The position numbers were made by a program, and so were the translations under genes. A stretch of 63,974 nt of DNA, the filler included, from Chiloscyllium plagiosum (lineage: Eukaryota): the NCBI RefSeq assembly GCF_004010195.1. It is 4 parts of one record of this genome, joined end to end, with 100 filler letters (N's around TTAATTAATTAA, not from the genome) between each part and the next. Parts side by side here need not be neighbours in the genome. Positions count along the whole stretch, not along the records: positions 46,124 to 61,673 come from NC_057716.1; positions 61,774 to 63,974 come from NC_057716.1; 2 more parts are not named here. One strand, given 5' to 3'. The notes beneath the pieces are model-generated. The model saw only the letters and a list, made by a program, of their open reading frames with translations. It searched no databases and had not been told where the DNA came from. Below, in pieces: positions 51,069 through 62,180 of the stretch (position 1 is the stretch's first letter; each line of letters begins with the position of its first letter).

Positions 51069-51252
51069 CCAACCTCTGACCACCAATCCCAATGCCTTCC
51101 AACATAAGGAGAATCAGGGGAACAGGATTGAGCGACTGATGTGTCTGGGGTGGGGGCACTGGTCACACAGGAGGGACTGGGTCGTGGGGTATAGCCGGAG
51201 TGGGGGGGGGGGGGGGAGAGTTGAGGGGAGCTGTGTAGAGGGTTTTACTCAC

Positions 51253-51419
51253 GTGGTGATGTTGGTCTCCATGAAGATCAGGATGAAGAGCAGCAAGGCT
51301 GGAATCGCTGAACCGAAGATCATCCATATTGGGAAGTCCTGATCCTTCCCCATTGGGTGGATGAACCAGCCTCGCTTCTCCGGGGAGGTGACGGAAAATT
51401 CCAGTGGCACGTCCAGTTT
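51253..51419 (-). CDS. SLC4A3-like: SLC4 anion exchanger exon (equivalent to AE1 exon 16, TM8 region)
   Basis: ctctgcag|AAACTGGAC...ATCACCAC|gtgagt; 167 bp; [55 protein letters not shown]. Confidence 0.93.
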
Positions 51420-51727
51420 CTGCAGAGAGAGAGAGACAGGTCAGTGTCAGCAGAGTAGACCAGCCACACCTCCCTCCTGCTGTCCGATCACCACAAATTG
51501 CCTTCCCATCCTGCCCAACCGCAATGCCATCCCTTTGCGATGGCCCTTTCTTCCCTTCCCTCCACTTTATCCTTCCTTCATATCTTTCTTTTACTCACTC
51601 ATGGGATGAAGGTGGCTCTGGCTAGGTCAGCATTTATTGCCCATCCCTAATTGCCCCAGAGGGCAGCTCAGAGCCAACCACATTGCTGTGGGTCTGGAGT
51701 CACATGTAGACCAGACCAGGTAAGGAT

Positions 51728-51990
51728 AGAAAGGCAGGAGACTGGAAGAACACAACAAGCCAGGCAGCATCAGGAGGTGGAAAGGTCAACATTTCAGGTA
51801 TAACCCTCTTCAGGGATGGGGGTGGGTGTGGAGGGAGCTGCAGATAAAGGGAGTGGTGAAGTGGGGATAGGTGAAGACAGGCAGAGGGTACAACCTGGTT
51901 GGTCAATGGGAAGAATGAATCCTGTTGGTGGAAGGAAAGGAAAGGGATGTTATTTGAAACTAAAGAACTCAGTGTTGAGTCCTCCGGGCA
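51728..51990 (-). mobile_element. Penelope-like element 3' end (GIY-YIG C-terminus, UTR, family-D hammerhead remnant) inserted in a SINE
   Basis: PGGLNTEFFSFK* at 51950-51988; CTGAAGA-GGGT(TAT)ACCT-GAAA-TGTT-GAC at ~51785-51816. Confidence 0.7.
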
Positions 51991-52775
51991 GTTTCTTTCC
52001 CTAAAGGGCATCAGCAAACCATTTCTGACAATGGATTAATCATTTGACTCTTAATTCCAGATTTACATTGAATTTAAATTCCACCATCTGCTGTAGCAGG
52101 ATTCGAACCTGGGTCCCAGAACGTTACCTGGGTCTCAGTATGAGCAGTCTAGCAATAATACCATTAGGCCATCACCCCCACTCATGGAAATCAATCGAGC
52201 GGATTTGGAATTGGGTATTGAGCTGAGATCCATCAGGGGACAGCACGAGAGAATTCCATACATCTCCTATCCTTCTCCATCCTTGGATTTTCGTAATGTC
52301 CCCTTGGCATGGCCTTGCGAATGATTTTATGTCGTCCTCAGTTTTGCTTTTGGGGAAGATGGTGGTGTCAAGGCAGTGCCACTAGACTGGTCATCCAGAG
52401 GCCGATGCTAACGCTGTGGGGTCAGGGGGTTCAAGACCCACCACGTCACCCGGTGAAATTTAAATGTAATGGATACAATATGGAACTGAAAGTGAATGGA
52501 AAGCTAATGATTGCTGTAAAACCCATCTGGTTCACTAATGCCCTTGAGGGAGGGAAATCTGCCATCTTTACCCAGTCTGGCCTACATGTGACTCCAGACG
52601 CACAGTGAAGTGGTTGACTCTTAAATGCCCTCTGGACTGGACCATTGAGCCGCTCAGTTCAAGGGCAATTAGGGATTTAACTTTCTTGATCTGCCTTGAG
52701 AGGTAGAAGATTCCAAAGCTTTGCAAATGTGTCTCTCCCTTCCTGAGTACTCCAATGCACAGATACTTCTGACAC

Positions 52776-55700
52776 TTAGAACATAGAACGTTACAGCACA
52801 GTACAGGCCCTTCGGCCCTCAATGTTGTGCCGACCTGTGAAATTAATCTGATGCCCATCTAACCTACACCGCTCCATTATTATCCATATGTATGTTCAAT
52901 GCCCATTTAAATGCCCTTAACGTCAGTGAGTCTACTCCTGTTGCAGGCAGGCCTTTCCACGCCCCTACTACTCTCTGAGTGAAGAATCTATCCCTGATAT
53001 CTGTCCAAAATCTATCATGCCTCAATTTAAAGTTATGTTCCCTCGTGTTAGCCATCACCATCCGAGGAAAAAGACTCTCACTGCCCACCCTATCTAACCC
53101 TCTGATTATCTTATATGTCTAGATTAAGTCGCCTCTCAACCTTCTTCTCTCCAACGAAAACAGCCTCAGTTCCCTCAGCCTTTCCTTGTAAGACCTTCCC
53201 TCCATACCAGGCAACATCCTAGTAAATCTCCTCTGAACCCTTTCCAAAGCTTCCACATCCTTCCTATAAATTGGTGACCAGAACTGTACACAATACTCCA
53301 GGTGCGGCCGCACCAGTGTCTTGTACAGCTGAAGCATGACCTCGTGGCTCTGAAACTTAATCCCCTTACCAATAAACACCAACACATCATATGTCTTCTT
53401 AACAACCCTATCAACCTGGATGGCAACTTTCAGGGATTTATGCACCTGGACACCACGATCTCTCTGTTCATCTACACCGCCAAGAAGTTTACCATTAGCC
53501 CAGTACTCTGCATTCCTGTTACTTCTTCCAAAGTGAACTGCCTCACATTTTTCCACATTAAACTCCATTTGCCACATCTCAGCCCAGCTCTGCATCTTAT
53601 CTACGTCCCTCTGTAACCCACAACATCCTTCAGCACTATCCACAACTCTGCCTACCTTAATGTCACCCGCAAATTTACTAACCCATCCTTTTACGCACAC
53701 ATTCAGATCATTTATAAAAATGACAAACAGCAGTGGACCCAAAGCAGATCCTTGCGGTACACCACTGGTATCTGAGCTCCAGGATGAACATTTCCCATCA
53801 GCCAATTTCTAATCCAAACCATTAAATCACCTTCAATCCTGAAACTTAGTATTTTATGCAATAGCTCACTGTGGGGAACCTTACCAAATGCCTTACTGAA
53901 GTCCATATACACCACATCAACCACTTTACCATCATCCACCTGTTTTGCCACCTTCTCGAAGAAGGTTTGTGAGGCACGACCGACCCTTCACAAAACCGTG
54001 CTGACTATCCCTAATCAAATTATTCCTTTCCAGATGATTATAAATCCTATCTCTTATAACCTTTCCAACACCTTATCCACAACAGAAGTAAGGTTCACTA
54101 ATCTATAATTACCAGGGTTGTCCCGACTTCCCTTCTTGAACAAGGGAACAACATTTGCTATCCTCCAGTTTCCTCACACTACTCCTGTCGACAATGACAA
54201 CATAAAGATCAAAGCCAAAGGCTCGGCAATCTCCTCCCTGGCTTCCCAGAGAATCCGAGGATAAATCCCATCTGGCCCAGGGATCCTATCTATTTTCAGA
54301 TCTTCCAAAATTGCTAAAACCTCCTCTTTGTCAACCACATTCCCATCTAATCTTGTAGCCTGTATCTCTGTATTCTCACTAACATTACCCTTTTCCAATG
54401 TAAACACAGACAAAAAAGTATTCATTAAGCGCTTCCCCTATGTCCTCAGATTCCACACACATCTTCCCGCTACTGTGTTTGATTGGCCCGAATCTTACTC
54501 TAGTCATTCTTTTATTCCTAAAATACCTATAGAAGGCCTTAGGGTTTTCCTTGATCCTATCCGCCAATGACTTTTCATGTCCCTTCCTGGCTTTTCTTAG
54601 ACTTCTCTTTAGATCTTTTCTGGCTAACCCATAACTCTCAAGCCCCCTATCTGAGCCTTCACGCCTCATCCTCACATTAAACCTTCTTCTTTCTCTTGAC
54701 AAGAGCTTCAACTTAATTAGTAAACCATGGCTCCCTCTCTTGACAACTACCTCCCTGCCTGATAGGTGTATATGTATTAAAGACCTGCAGTAGCTGTTCC
54801 TTGAATGAGCTCCACATTTCAAGAGTGCCCATCACCTGCACTTTCCTTTCCCTGTCCTATGCATCCTAAATCTTGCCTAATCGCATTATAATTGCCTTTC
54901 CCCCCGCTATGCCTCTTCCCCTGCCGTATATACCCATTGCTATTGTAAACATAACCAAATTGTGGTCACTATCGCCAAAGTGCTCACCTACCTCCAAATC
55001 TAACACCTGGCCGAGTTCATTACCCAATACCAAATCTAATGTGGCCTCGCCCCTTGTTGACCTGTCTATGTACTGTGTCAGAAAACCCTCCTGCGCACAT
55101 TGAACAAAAACTGACCCATCTAAAGTACTTGAACTATAGTATTCCCAGTCAATGTTGGGGAAGTTAAAGTCCCCCATAACAACTACCCTGTCACTCTCGC
55201 TCCTATTGAGAATCACCTTTGCTATCCTTTCCCCCACATCCTTGGAACAATTCAGAAGCCTATAGAAAACTCCCAACAGAGGGGCCTCTCCTTTTCTGTA
55301 TCTAACCTCAGCCCCAACTACCTTAGTGGATGAGTCCTTAAACATTATCTCAGTTGCTGTAATATTACCCTTGATTAACAATGCCACCCCCCCACCTTTT
55401 ACCATCTTTTCTGTTCTTACTGAAACATTTAAATCTCGGAATCTGCAACAACCATTCCTGTCCCCCCTCTAGCCATGTCTCTGAAATGGCCGCAACATCG
55501 AAGTCCCAGGTACCAACCCATGCTGCAAGTTCACCCACCTTATTCCGGATGCTCCTGGCGTTGAAGTACACACATTTCAAACCAACACCCTGATTGCCGG
55601 TGCCCTCTTGAGACCTTGTAAGCCTATCCCTGACCTCACTGCCCTCAATCTCCCGTACACTGGAACTACAATTCAGGTTCCCATCCCTTACTGCATTAGT

Positions 55701-56142
55701 TTAAACTCAACCGAAGAGCATTAGCAATACCCCACCCGGGGATATTGGTACCCCTCTGGTTCAGGTGAAGACCATCCTGTTTGTAGGGGTCTCACCTTCC
55801 CCAGAGAGAGCTCCAATTATCCGAGAATCCAAACCCCTCCCTCCTGCACCATCCCTGTAGCTGCATGTTCAGCTCCTCTCTCCCCTTGTTCCTCGCTTCA
55901 CGAGCACATGGTACGGGCAACAAACCAGAGATAACAACTCTGTTTTTTTTAGCTCGAAGCTTCCATCCTAGCTCCCTGAATTTCTGCCTTAAATCCCATC
56001 TCTCTTCCTATCTATGTCGTTGGTGCCTATGTGGACCACGACTTGGGGCTGCTCCCCCTCCCCCTCAAGGATGCTGAAAACACGATCCGAGACATCACGA
56101 ACCCTGGCATCTGAGAGGTAACACACCAACCGTGAGTCTCCC
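52776..56142 (-). mobile_element. Long CR1 LINE: ORF1 esterase remnant, APE endonuclease, RT, 3' tail
   Basis: VVVHIGTND (SGNH-type ORF1); CVYFNARSIRNK...ISETWL, VVMGDFNFP, LDLVL, SDHN (APE); [23 protein letters not shown] (RT). Confidence 0.95.
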
Positions 56143-56379
56143 ATTTCCATTTCATTCACCATGAACCAGACAGTGAATTGCAACCTCGATGAAAAGGCTG
56201 GACTAATCCAATTCTAATTCTCAAGTGTCTTACTTCTCATTGATTCTTTACTTGCATAGCTTGGGTGGAAGGAATCGAACAGGATGGTGATGGGCTGAAG
56301 GGCCTCCTATAGATCTCTATGACTGTGTCACTAAATGCTGCCCTTCCATTCCCATTCCACCCCAACCCACATAGACAAA

Positions 56380-56830
56380 GGCACAGGGTAAGTCACACAC
56401 AGGTGGACAAACACACACACACAGACCCACAGAGTAACACAAACACAGACCCACACACACGCACAGTAAGATACACTCATACACACTCAAACACACAGTA
56501 AGACACACACAAGTGCACAGACAAACACACACAGTAACACACAAATATACGGTAAAACACATTTACACACAGGCATGCCCACACATGGTAAGACACAGAC
56601 ACACATAGTAAGAACATTGTGCGTGCACACAGGTAGTGAGACACACACAAACACACACACAATAAGATGCACACACACACGCGCGCACACATGCATGCAC
56701 ACACAAATATACATAAATACGTGGTAAGACAGCCAATTCATCTTACAGACATGGTAACACACCCACAAATACATGACACAAATGTACACAGAGTAAAACT
56801 CACAGACTAACACGGAGTAGGACACAGACG
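56380..56830. repeat. CA-rich low-complexity repeat
   Basis: Degenerate (CA)n with recurrent GGTAA(C/G)AC. Confidence 0.85.
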
Positions 56831-56859
56831 CATGGTGCGATTAATAGCCACACATTTAC

Positions 56860-56949
56860 CTCAGTGTATGTGTCTGTGATAGAGATATCTACAAGGACCA
56901 TCACCAGGATCGCAATGGGAACCCCAAAGTCTCCGATGATGCGCCGGGC
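56860..56949 (-). CDS. SLC4A3-like: SLC4 anion exchanger exon (equivalent to AE1 exon 15, TM7)
   Basis: ctctcccag|GCCCGGCGC...ACTGAG|gtaaat; 90 bp; [30 protein letters not shown]. Confidence 0.94.
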
Positions 56950-57964
56950 CTGGGAGAGGGTGAAGGAAATCACATTAGATCCTGTGGTCATGGTAGAGAA
57001 CTTCATTCCTTCATTACACGGGAGTTGACAATGTGGAGGTAGAACTGATACCTTCTTCAGTCCCCCTGTCAGCATCAGACTGCTCCCTCGGAGACCCCTG
57101 GCTCCACCCTCTCCATGTGGGAAGCTGGTGGTCTGGTGGCCTTGTCCTCTGACTGTAATGCTGGGCTAATGAACTGAGGGGCACAGGTCCAAATCCCATA
57201 CTAGCAGTGGGGGATTTAAATTCAAGGAGCTGAAATCTCGTGATCAGGAAATAGTACCGCACCGTTATCACTAATTGTTGTAATGATGCCGGGAGGAAAT
57301 TGGCTTCACCCTGTCAGGCCTCCATGTAACTCCAGGTCCATACAATATGGTTGATCTTAACTGGCTCTTTGGGATTAGCTCACAAAATGCCCCATTCCAG
57401 GGCAACTAATTGTGGCCATGTCAATGATACCCAATGAAGGTCACCAATTTGAGAACATTGTTACTCTCCTGGTCTGGAAACACCTCACTCCTCATGTTCA
57501 AATCTCTTCCCATGCGAAGGTGCTTGATTTGTATTATTATTCGGAATGTCACGTGACTTTGCACCTCACTGCCTGAGAAGACACTGAGACATTTTGAAGG
57601 TGGAGGTAGATGGAGTCTTGTCAGACGAGGGAGGGGGTGGGGTGGGGTCAAAGGGTTGTCCGGGGTAGACAGGACTGTAGAAGGTGGAGTTCAAACAGGT
57701 CAGCTGTGCTCACATTGTATGAAATGTTTTATGAAACTCTCCTCCATCTCTCTCTCTCTGTGTCCTTTACAAGGCTCCTTAAAACTGATCTCCTTGTCCA
57801 AACCTTTCACCACCTGACTCCCAATAGCTCTTTCTGTTGCTGGTGACTTGTGTGGTGACAGGGGTCAGTGTGTGAAGGGCTAGGACACAAACTCTGTTCC
57901 TGCGCAGTATTAAAGGGCAACTCTATTGGCTGTGGGGGTGATACAAACAGTATCCCGACAGAGT

Positions 57965-58712
57965 GTTCCAGACAAGTTACTGAGAGACATTGACGGGTTC
58001 AGGCAGTGGGTGAAAGATTGGCAAATGAAGTACAACGTGGGAAAAAAGGAAGTTGTTCATTTTGGAAGGAAGAACAAAAAAACAGAGTATTATTTAACTG
58101 GAGGGAAACTGCAGAAAACTGCAACACAAAGGGAGGGGACTTGTACCCGAAACACAAAAAGCTAGGGACAGCAGGGAATCAGGAAGGGTTCATGGAATGT
58201 TGGCCCTTATTTCAAGAGGGTTGGAGTATAAGAGTAGGGAAGTCTTACTACAAACTGTACAAGGTGCTGGGGAGACCACATCGGGAGCACTGGGAGCAGT
58301 TTACATGCCCTTACTTAAGGAAAGACATCATTTCATTGAGGTAGATCAGAGATGGCTCATTGGGATGATCCCTGTTAAGGAGGGATGGTCTTATGAGTAA
58401 GGGCCAAATATGTTGAGACTAGAGGGCTTGGTCTCAGAATAAGGGGCATCAAATTGAGACTGAATGAGGAGCAATATTTTCTCTCAGGGGATTGGGAGTC
58501 TTTGGAACTCCTTGCTACAGAGAGTTGTGGGGGCAGAGTCCTTGTGTATGTTGAAGGATGAGACAGATTCATGATCAGTCGGGGCATCAAGGGTTACTGG
58601 GAAAGGACAGGAAAGTGGGCGTAAGGGATATCGGATCAGCCTGATCCTATTGAAGGGGGGAGCAGACTCGAGGGGCCGAATGGTCTACTCCTCCTGCTCC
58701 TATTTCTTATGA
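57965..58712 (+). mobile_element. Old CR1 LINE 3' fragment
   Basis: WQMKYNVGK..VVHFGRKN, YKVLGRPH, typical 3' UTR. Confidence 0.8.
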
Positions 58713-58943
58713 TCTTTCTTTATCGGTTTGGAGTCACACGGAGGCCAGATGAGTGAGGATCGCAGATTCTCTTCTCTAAAGGACATTAGTGAAATCTTTT
58801 TCTCCAGACTTTAGAAGGTTAAGGGTGACCTGATTGAAGTCTTCAAGATATTATCAGGAAAGGACAAGGTAGGTAAAGAGAAAATACTTCCATTTTTTGG
58901 AGAATTTACCCCAATCTTCAAGGTCGGCATTCGACATACTCAC

Positions 58944-59141
58944 GTTCCCTCCTAGAAACCGGCTGTTCCGGAATTTTCTCATGAAATACGCAATGAAGAA
59001 TGTGCCAACCATCATGACGAGGGAGAGCAGGGCGGTGTTGGGTTGCATCTGCTGGTCGGTTTGTAGTAATGGGTGAGTGAGATTGGCATTTCTCAGAGAG
59101 AAGGGTGGATATGTCTTCAGGAGAGGATTCTCCTCAAAGAC
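58944..59141 (-). CDS. SLC4A3-like: SLC4 anion exchanger exon (equivalent to AE1 exon 14, EL3-TM6)
   Basis: tctccag|GTCTTTGAG...GGGAAC|gtgagt; 198 bp; [86 protein letters not shown] is AE3-type; NLT sequon in EL3. Confidence 0.94.
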
Positions 59142-59912
59142 CTGGAGATGGGAAGGAAAAGGACAGCGTTATACAACACATGGAGATGGTGGAATCACTG
59201 ATTCTTACAGAAGGAGACCATTTGGCCCTTTGTGTCTATATTGACTCTGCTTTGAAGGCAATACGTACTTAGTTCCACTCCCTTCCTCCTTTCCTCTAAG
59301 GCCTGTAGGCCTATTCCTTTTCAAGTATACACCCAATTCCAAAGGGTTTCTGTAATGCTGACCTCTCTCTTCCTGGGCTGCTGTTTATTACAGGACTGCT
59401 GTTGAGGATATCAGAGTGAATCTAAAAATACATGTCACAAAAGGTATGCAAAACCTTGGTTAGACCTCCTGTGAAGCACTGTGAGCAGATCAGGGCACCA
59501 CACCTCAGGAAGGATAAACTGTTCTTGGAGGGAGAATAACTAAGGTTTACAAGAATGGTACTTGGACTTCAGGGGTTAAGTTATGAGGAGAGATTAGACA
59601 AATTAGGTCTTTTACTCCAGACTTTAGAAGGTTAACGGTGATTTGATTGAAGTCTTCCAGACATTATCAGGAAAGGACAAGGTAGATAAAAAGAAAATAC
59701 TTCCATTTTTGGAGTTTCTAGAACGAGGGGCCTAGTTTGAGAATTACAGCCAGACTGTTCAGGAGAGACGATGTCGAGGTCCTGGTGTGGGACTTGGGTG
59801 GACCAGGTCAGCACTCACACAACACCAGGTTATAGACCACTAGGTTTATTACAAGCCTTTGGAGCATTGCTGCACCGTCAGGTGAGATGGAAGGTGAAGT
59901 CAAGCGAAGACT

Positions 59913-59949
59913 TTACCTGATGAAGGGGCAGCACTCCGAAAGCTTGTGA
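59913..59949 (+). ncRNA. Hammerhead motif family B variant, inside fold-back element ~59815-60007
   Basis: TTAC-CTGATGA-A-GGGG(CAGCA)CTCC-GAAA-GCTT-GTGA. Confidence 0.65.
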
Positions 59950-60397
59950 TTTCAAATAAACCTGTTAGACTATAACCTGGTGGGTGTTGTGTGACTTCTG
60001 ACTTTGGTCAGGAGAGATGTTAGGAAGCATTTCTGTACACAACGGGTGGTAGATGTTTGGAAATGTCTTCCACAAGTGGCAGTGGACACTGGATCAGTTG
60101 TTGATTTGAAATCTCAGATAGATAGACTTATTGTTAAGCAACGGAATTAAAGATATGGGCCAATACGGAGTTACGTCATGGATCAGCCCTGATCTCAATG
60201 AATGGTGGAACAGGCTCAAGGGGCTGAATGGCCTACTCCTGTTCCTATGTTACAAGGAGAGCCACAAATCGCATGGCAGGCTGTTCGGTCCTTTGTTCTT
60301 GTGCTGGTTCCTCGAGATAGTCCCGCCCACTGAAACAGCTTTCTAACAGGTACAGTGACGTCACCATGGTGATGGTACTGCACTAGGAACCAAAGAG

Positions 60398-61000
60398 TTA
60401 GAACATAGAACATAGAAAGGTACAACACAGAACAGGCCCTTTGGCCCACGATGTTGTGCCGAGCTTTAATCCTAATGTAAAATATAATCACTTAACCTAC
60501 GCACCCCTCAACTCACTGCTATCCATGTCCACGTCCAGCAGTAGAGCTTAAATGTTCCCAATGACTCTGCTTCCACCACCACCGCTGGCAACGCATTCCA
60601 TGCATTCACAACTCTCTGCGTAAAGAACCTATCTCTGACGTCTCCTTTATACCTTCCTCCTAATATCTTCAAACTATGACTCCTTGTACCAGTCAATCCT
60701 GCCCTGGGGAAAAGTCTCTGGCTATTGACTCTATCTATTCCTCTCATTATCTTTACACCTCGATCAGGTCTCCTCTCCTCCTCCTTCTCTCCAGAGAGAA
60801 AAGTCTAAACTTATTCAACTTTTCTTCATAAGGCAAGCCCTCCAGTCCAGGCAGCATCCTGGTAAACCTTCTTTGCACCCTCTCCAAAACCTCTGTATCT
60901 TTCCTATAGTAGGGCGACCAGAACTGGACACAATATTCCAAGTGTGGTCTCACCAGGGACTTATAGAGCTGCAGCAAACCTTCATGGCTCTTAAACTCGA
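60398..61000 (-). mobile_element. CR1 LINE 3' end
   Basis: [13 protein letters not shown]...FFTQRVVNAWN; AGAACAT-type tail. Confidence 0.9.
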
Positions 61001-61589
61001 GCAAATAATCTGAGCTAATAATCCAAGAGGCAGCGGTCTGAATCCTGACAGCAAAGTGGAAGATGTTGAATTCTTTTAATTAGGGAAAGAAAAGCCAGTC
61101 TCACTAATAGCAATCATAAAACTACTGGATTGGCGTAAAAGCCCACTGGGTCTCTAATGTCCTTCAGGGAAGGAAGTCCATTGTCCTTACCTGGTCTGGC
61201 CTTACATGTGACTCCAGACCCACAGCCAAAGGGATTGACTCAGAAATGGCCTAACAAGCCTCTCAAACAAAAAAACACAAAGAATTGCTGGAAATCAGAG
61301 ACATCAGAAATTGCTGGAAAAACTCAGCTGGTCTGGCAGCATCTGTGAAGAGAAAACAAAGTTAACATTTTGGGTCCAGTGACCCTACTTCAGAAGTTCA
61401 AAGCCTCTCAGTTATATTTTTGAAGACGTCTCACCATCGCCTTTTTCAGGACAATGAGGCCTTTCTCAGCCAATGAAGCGATCCTGGCCAGTCACGCTCA
61501 CATCCCATGGATGATTTTTCAAAAAAAAAATTTCCTTATTTACTCTTCATATTGTTGTGGTTCTGTTAGTCGAGCAGGGAATTTGTGTT

Positions 61590-61629
61590 GCAGACGTTTC
61601 GTCCCCTGTCTAGGTGACGTCCTCAGTGC
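61590..61629 (-). ncRNA. Hammerhead motif family E (Penelope pLTR), intact core
   Basis: GCA-CTGAGGA-C-GTCACC(TAGACA)GGGGAC-GAAA-CGTC-TGC. Confidence 0.75.
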
Positions 61630-61673
61630 TTGGGAGCCTCCTGTGAAGCGCTTCTGTGGTGTTTCCTCCGGCA

Positions 61674-61773
61674 NNNNNNNNNNNNNNNNNNNNNNNNNNN
61701 NNNNNNNNNNNNNNNNNTTAATTAATTAANNNNNNNNNNNNNNNNNNNNNNNNNNNNNNNNNNNNNNNNNNNN
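61674..61773. other. Artificial scaffold spacer
   Basis: N44-TTAATTAATTAA-N44. Confidence 0.97.
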
Positions 61774-62180
61774 GCCTGGTATGGAGGGAAGGTCTTATGA
61801 GGAAAGGCTGAGGGACTTGAGGCTGTTTTCATTAGAGAGAAGAAGGTTGAGAGGTGACTTAATTGAGACATACAAGATAATCAGAGGGTTAGATAGGGTG
61901 GACAGGGAGAGCCTTTTTCCTCGGATGGTGATGGCTAGCATGAGGAGTCACAGAGATAGGACAGATGTCAGAGGTAGTTTCTTTACTCAGAGAATAGTAG
62001 GGGCAAGGAACGCCTGCCTGCAACAGTAGTAGTAGACTCGCCAACTTTAAGGGCATTTAAATGGTCATTGGATAAACACATGGATGAGAATGGAATAGTG
62101 TAGGTTAGATGGGCTTCAGATTGGTTCCACAGGTCAGCACAGGGCTGAAGGGCCTGTACTATGCTGTAATATTCCATGTG
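61774..62180 (+). mobile_element. CR1 LINE 3' end (same subfamily as 52776-56142)
   Basis: SYEERLRDLRLFSLERRRLRGDLIETYKII. Confidence 0.9.

Noticed and set aside
56317..56825. Cys/Val-rich ORFs
   Set aside because: Translations of a CA/TG low-complexity repeat.
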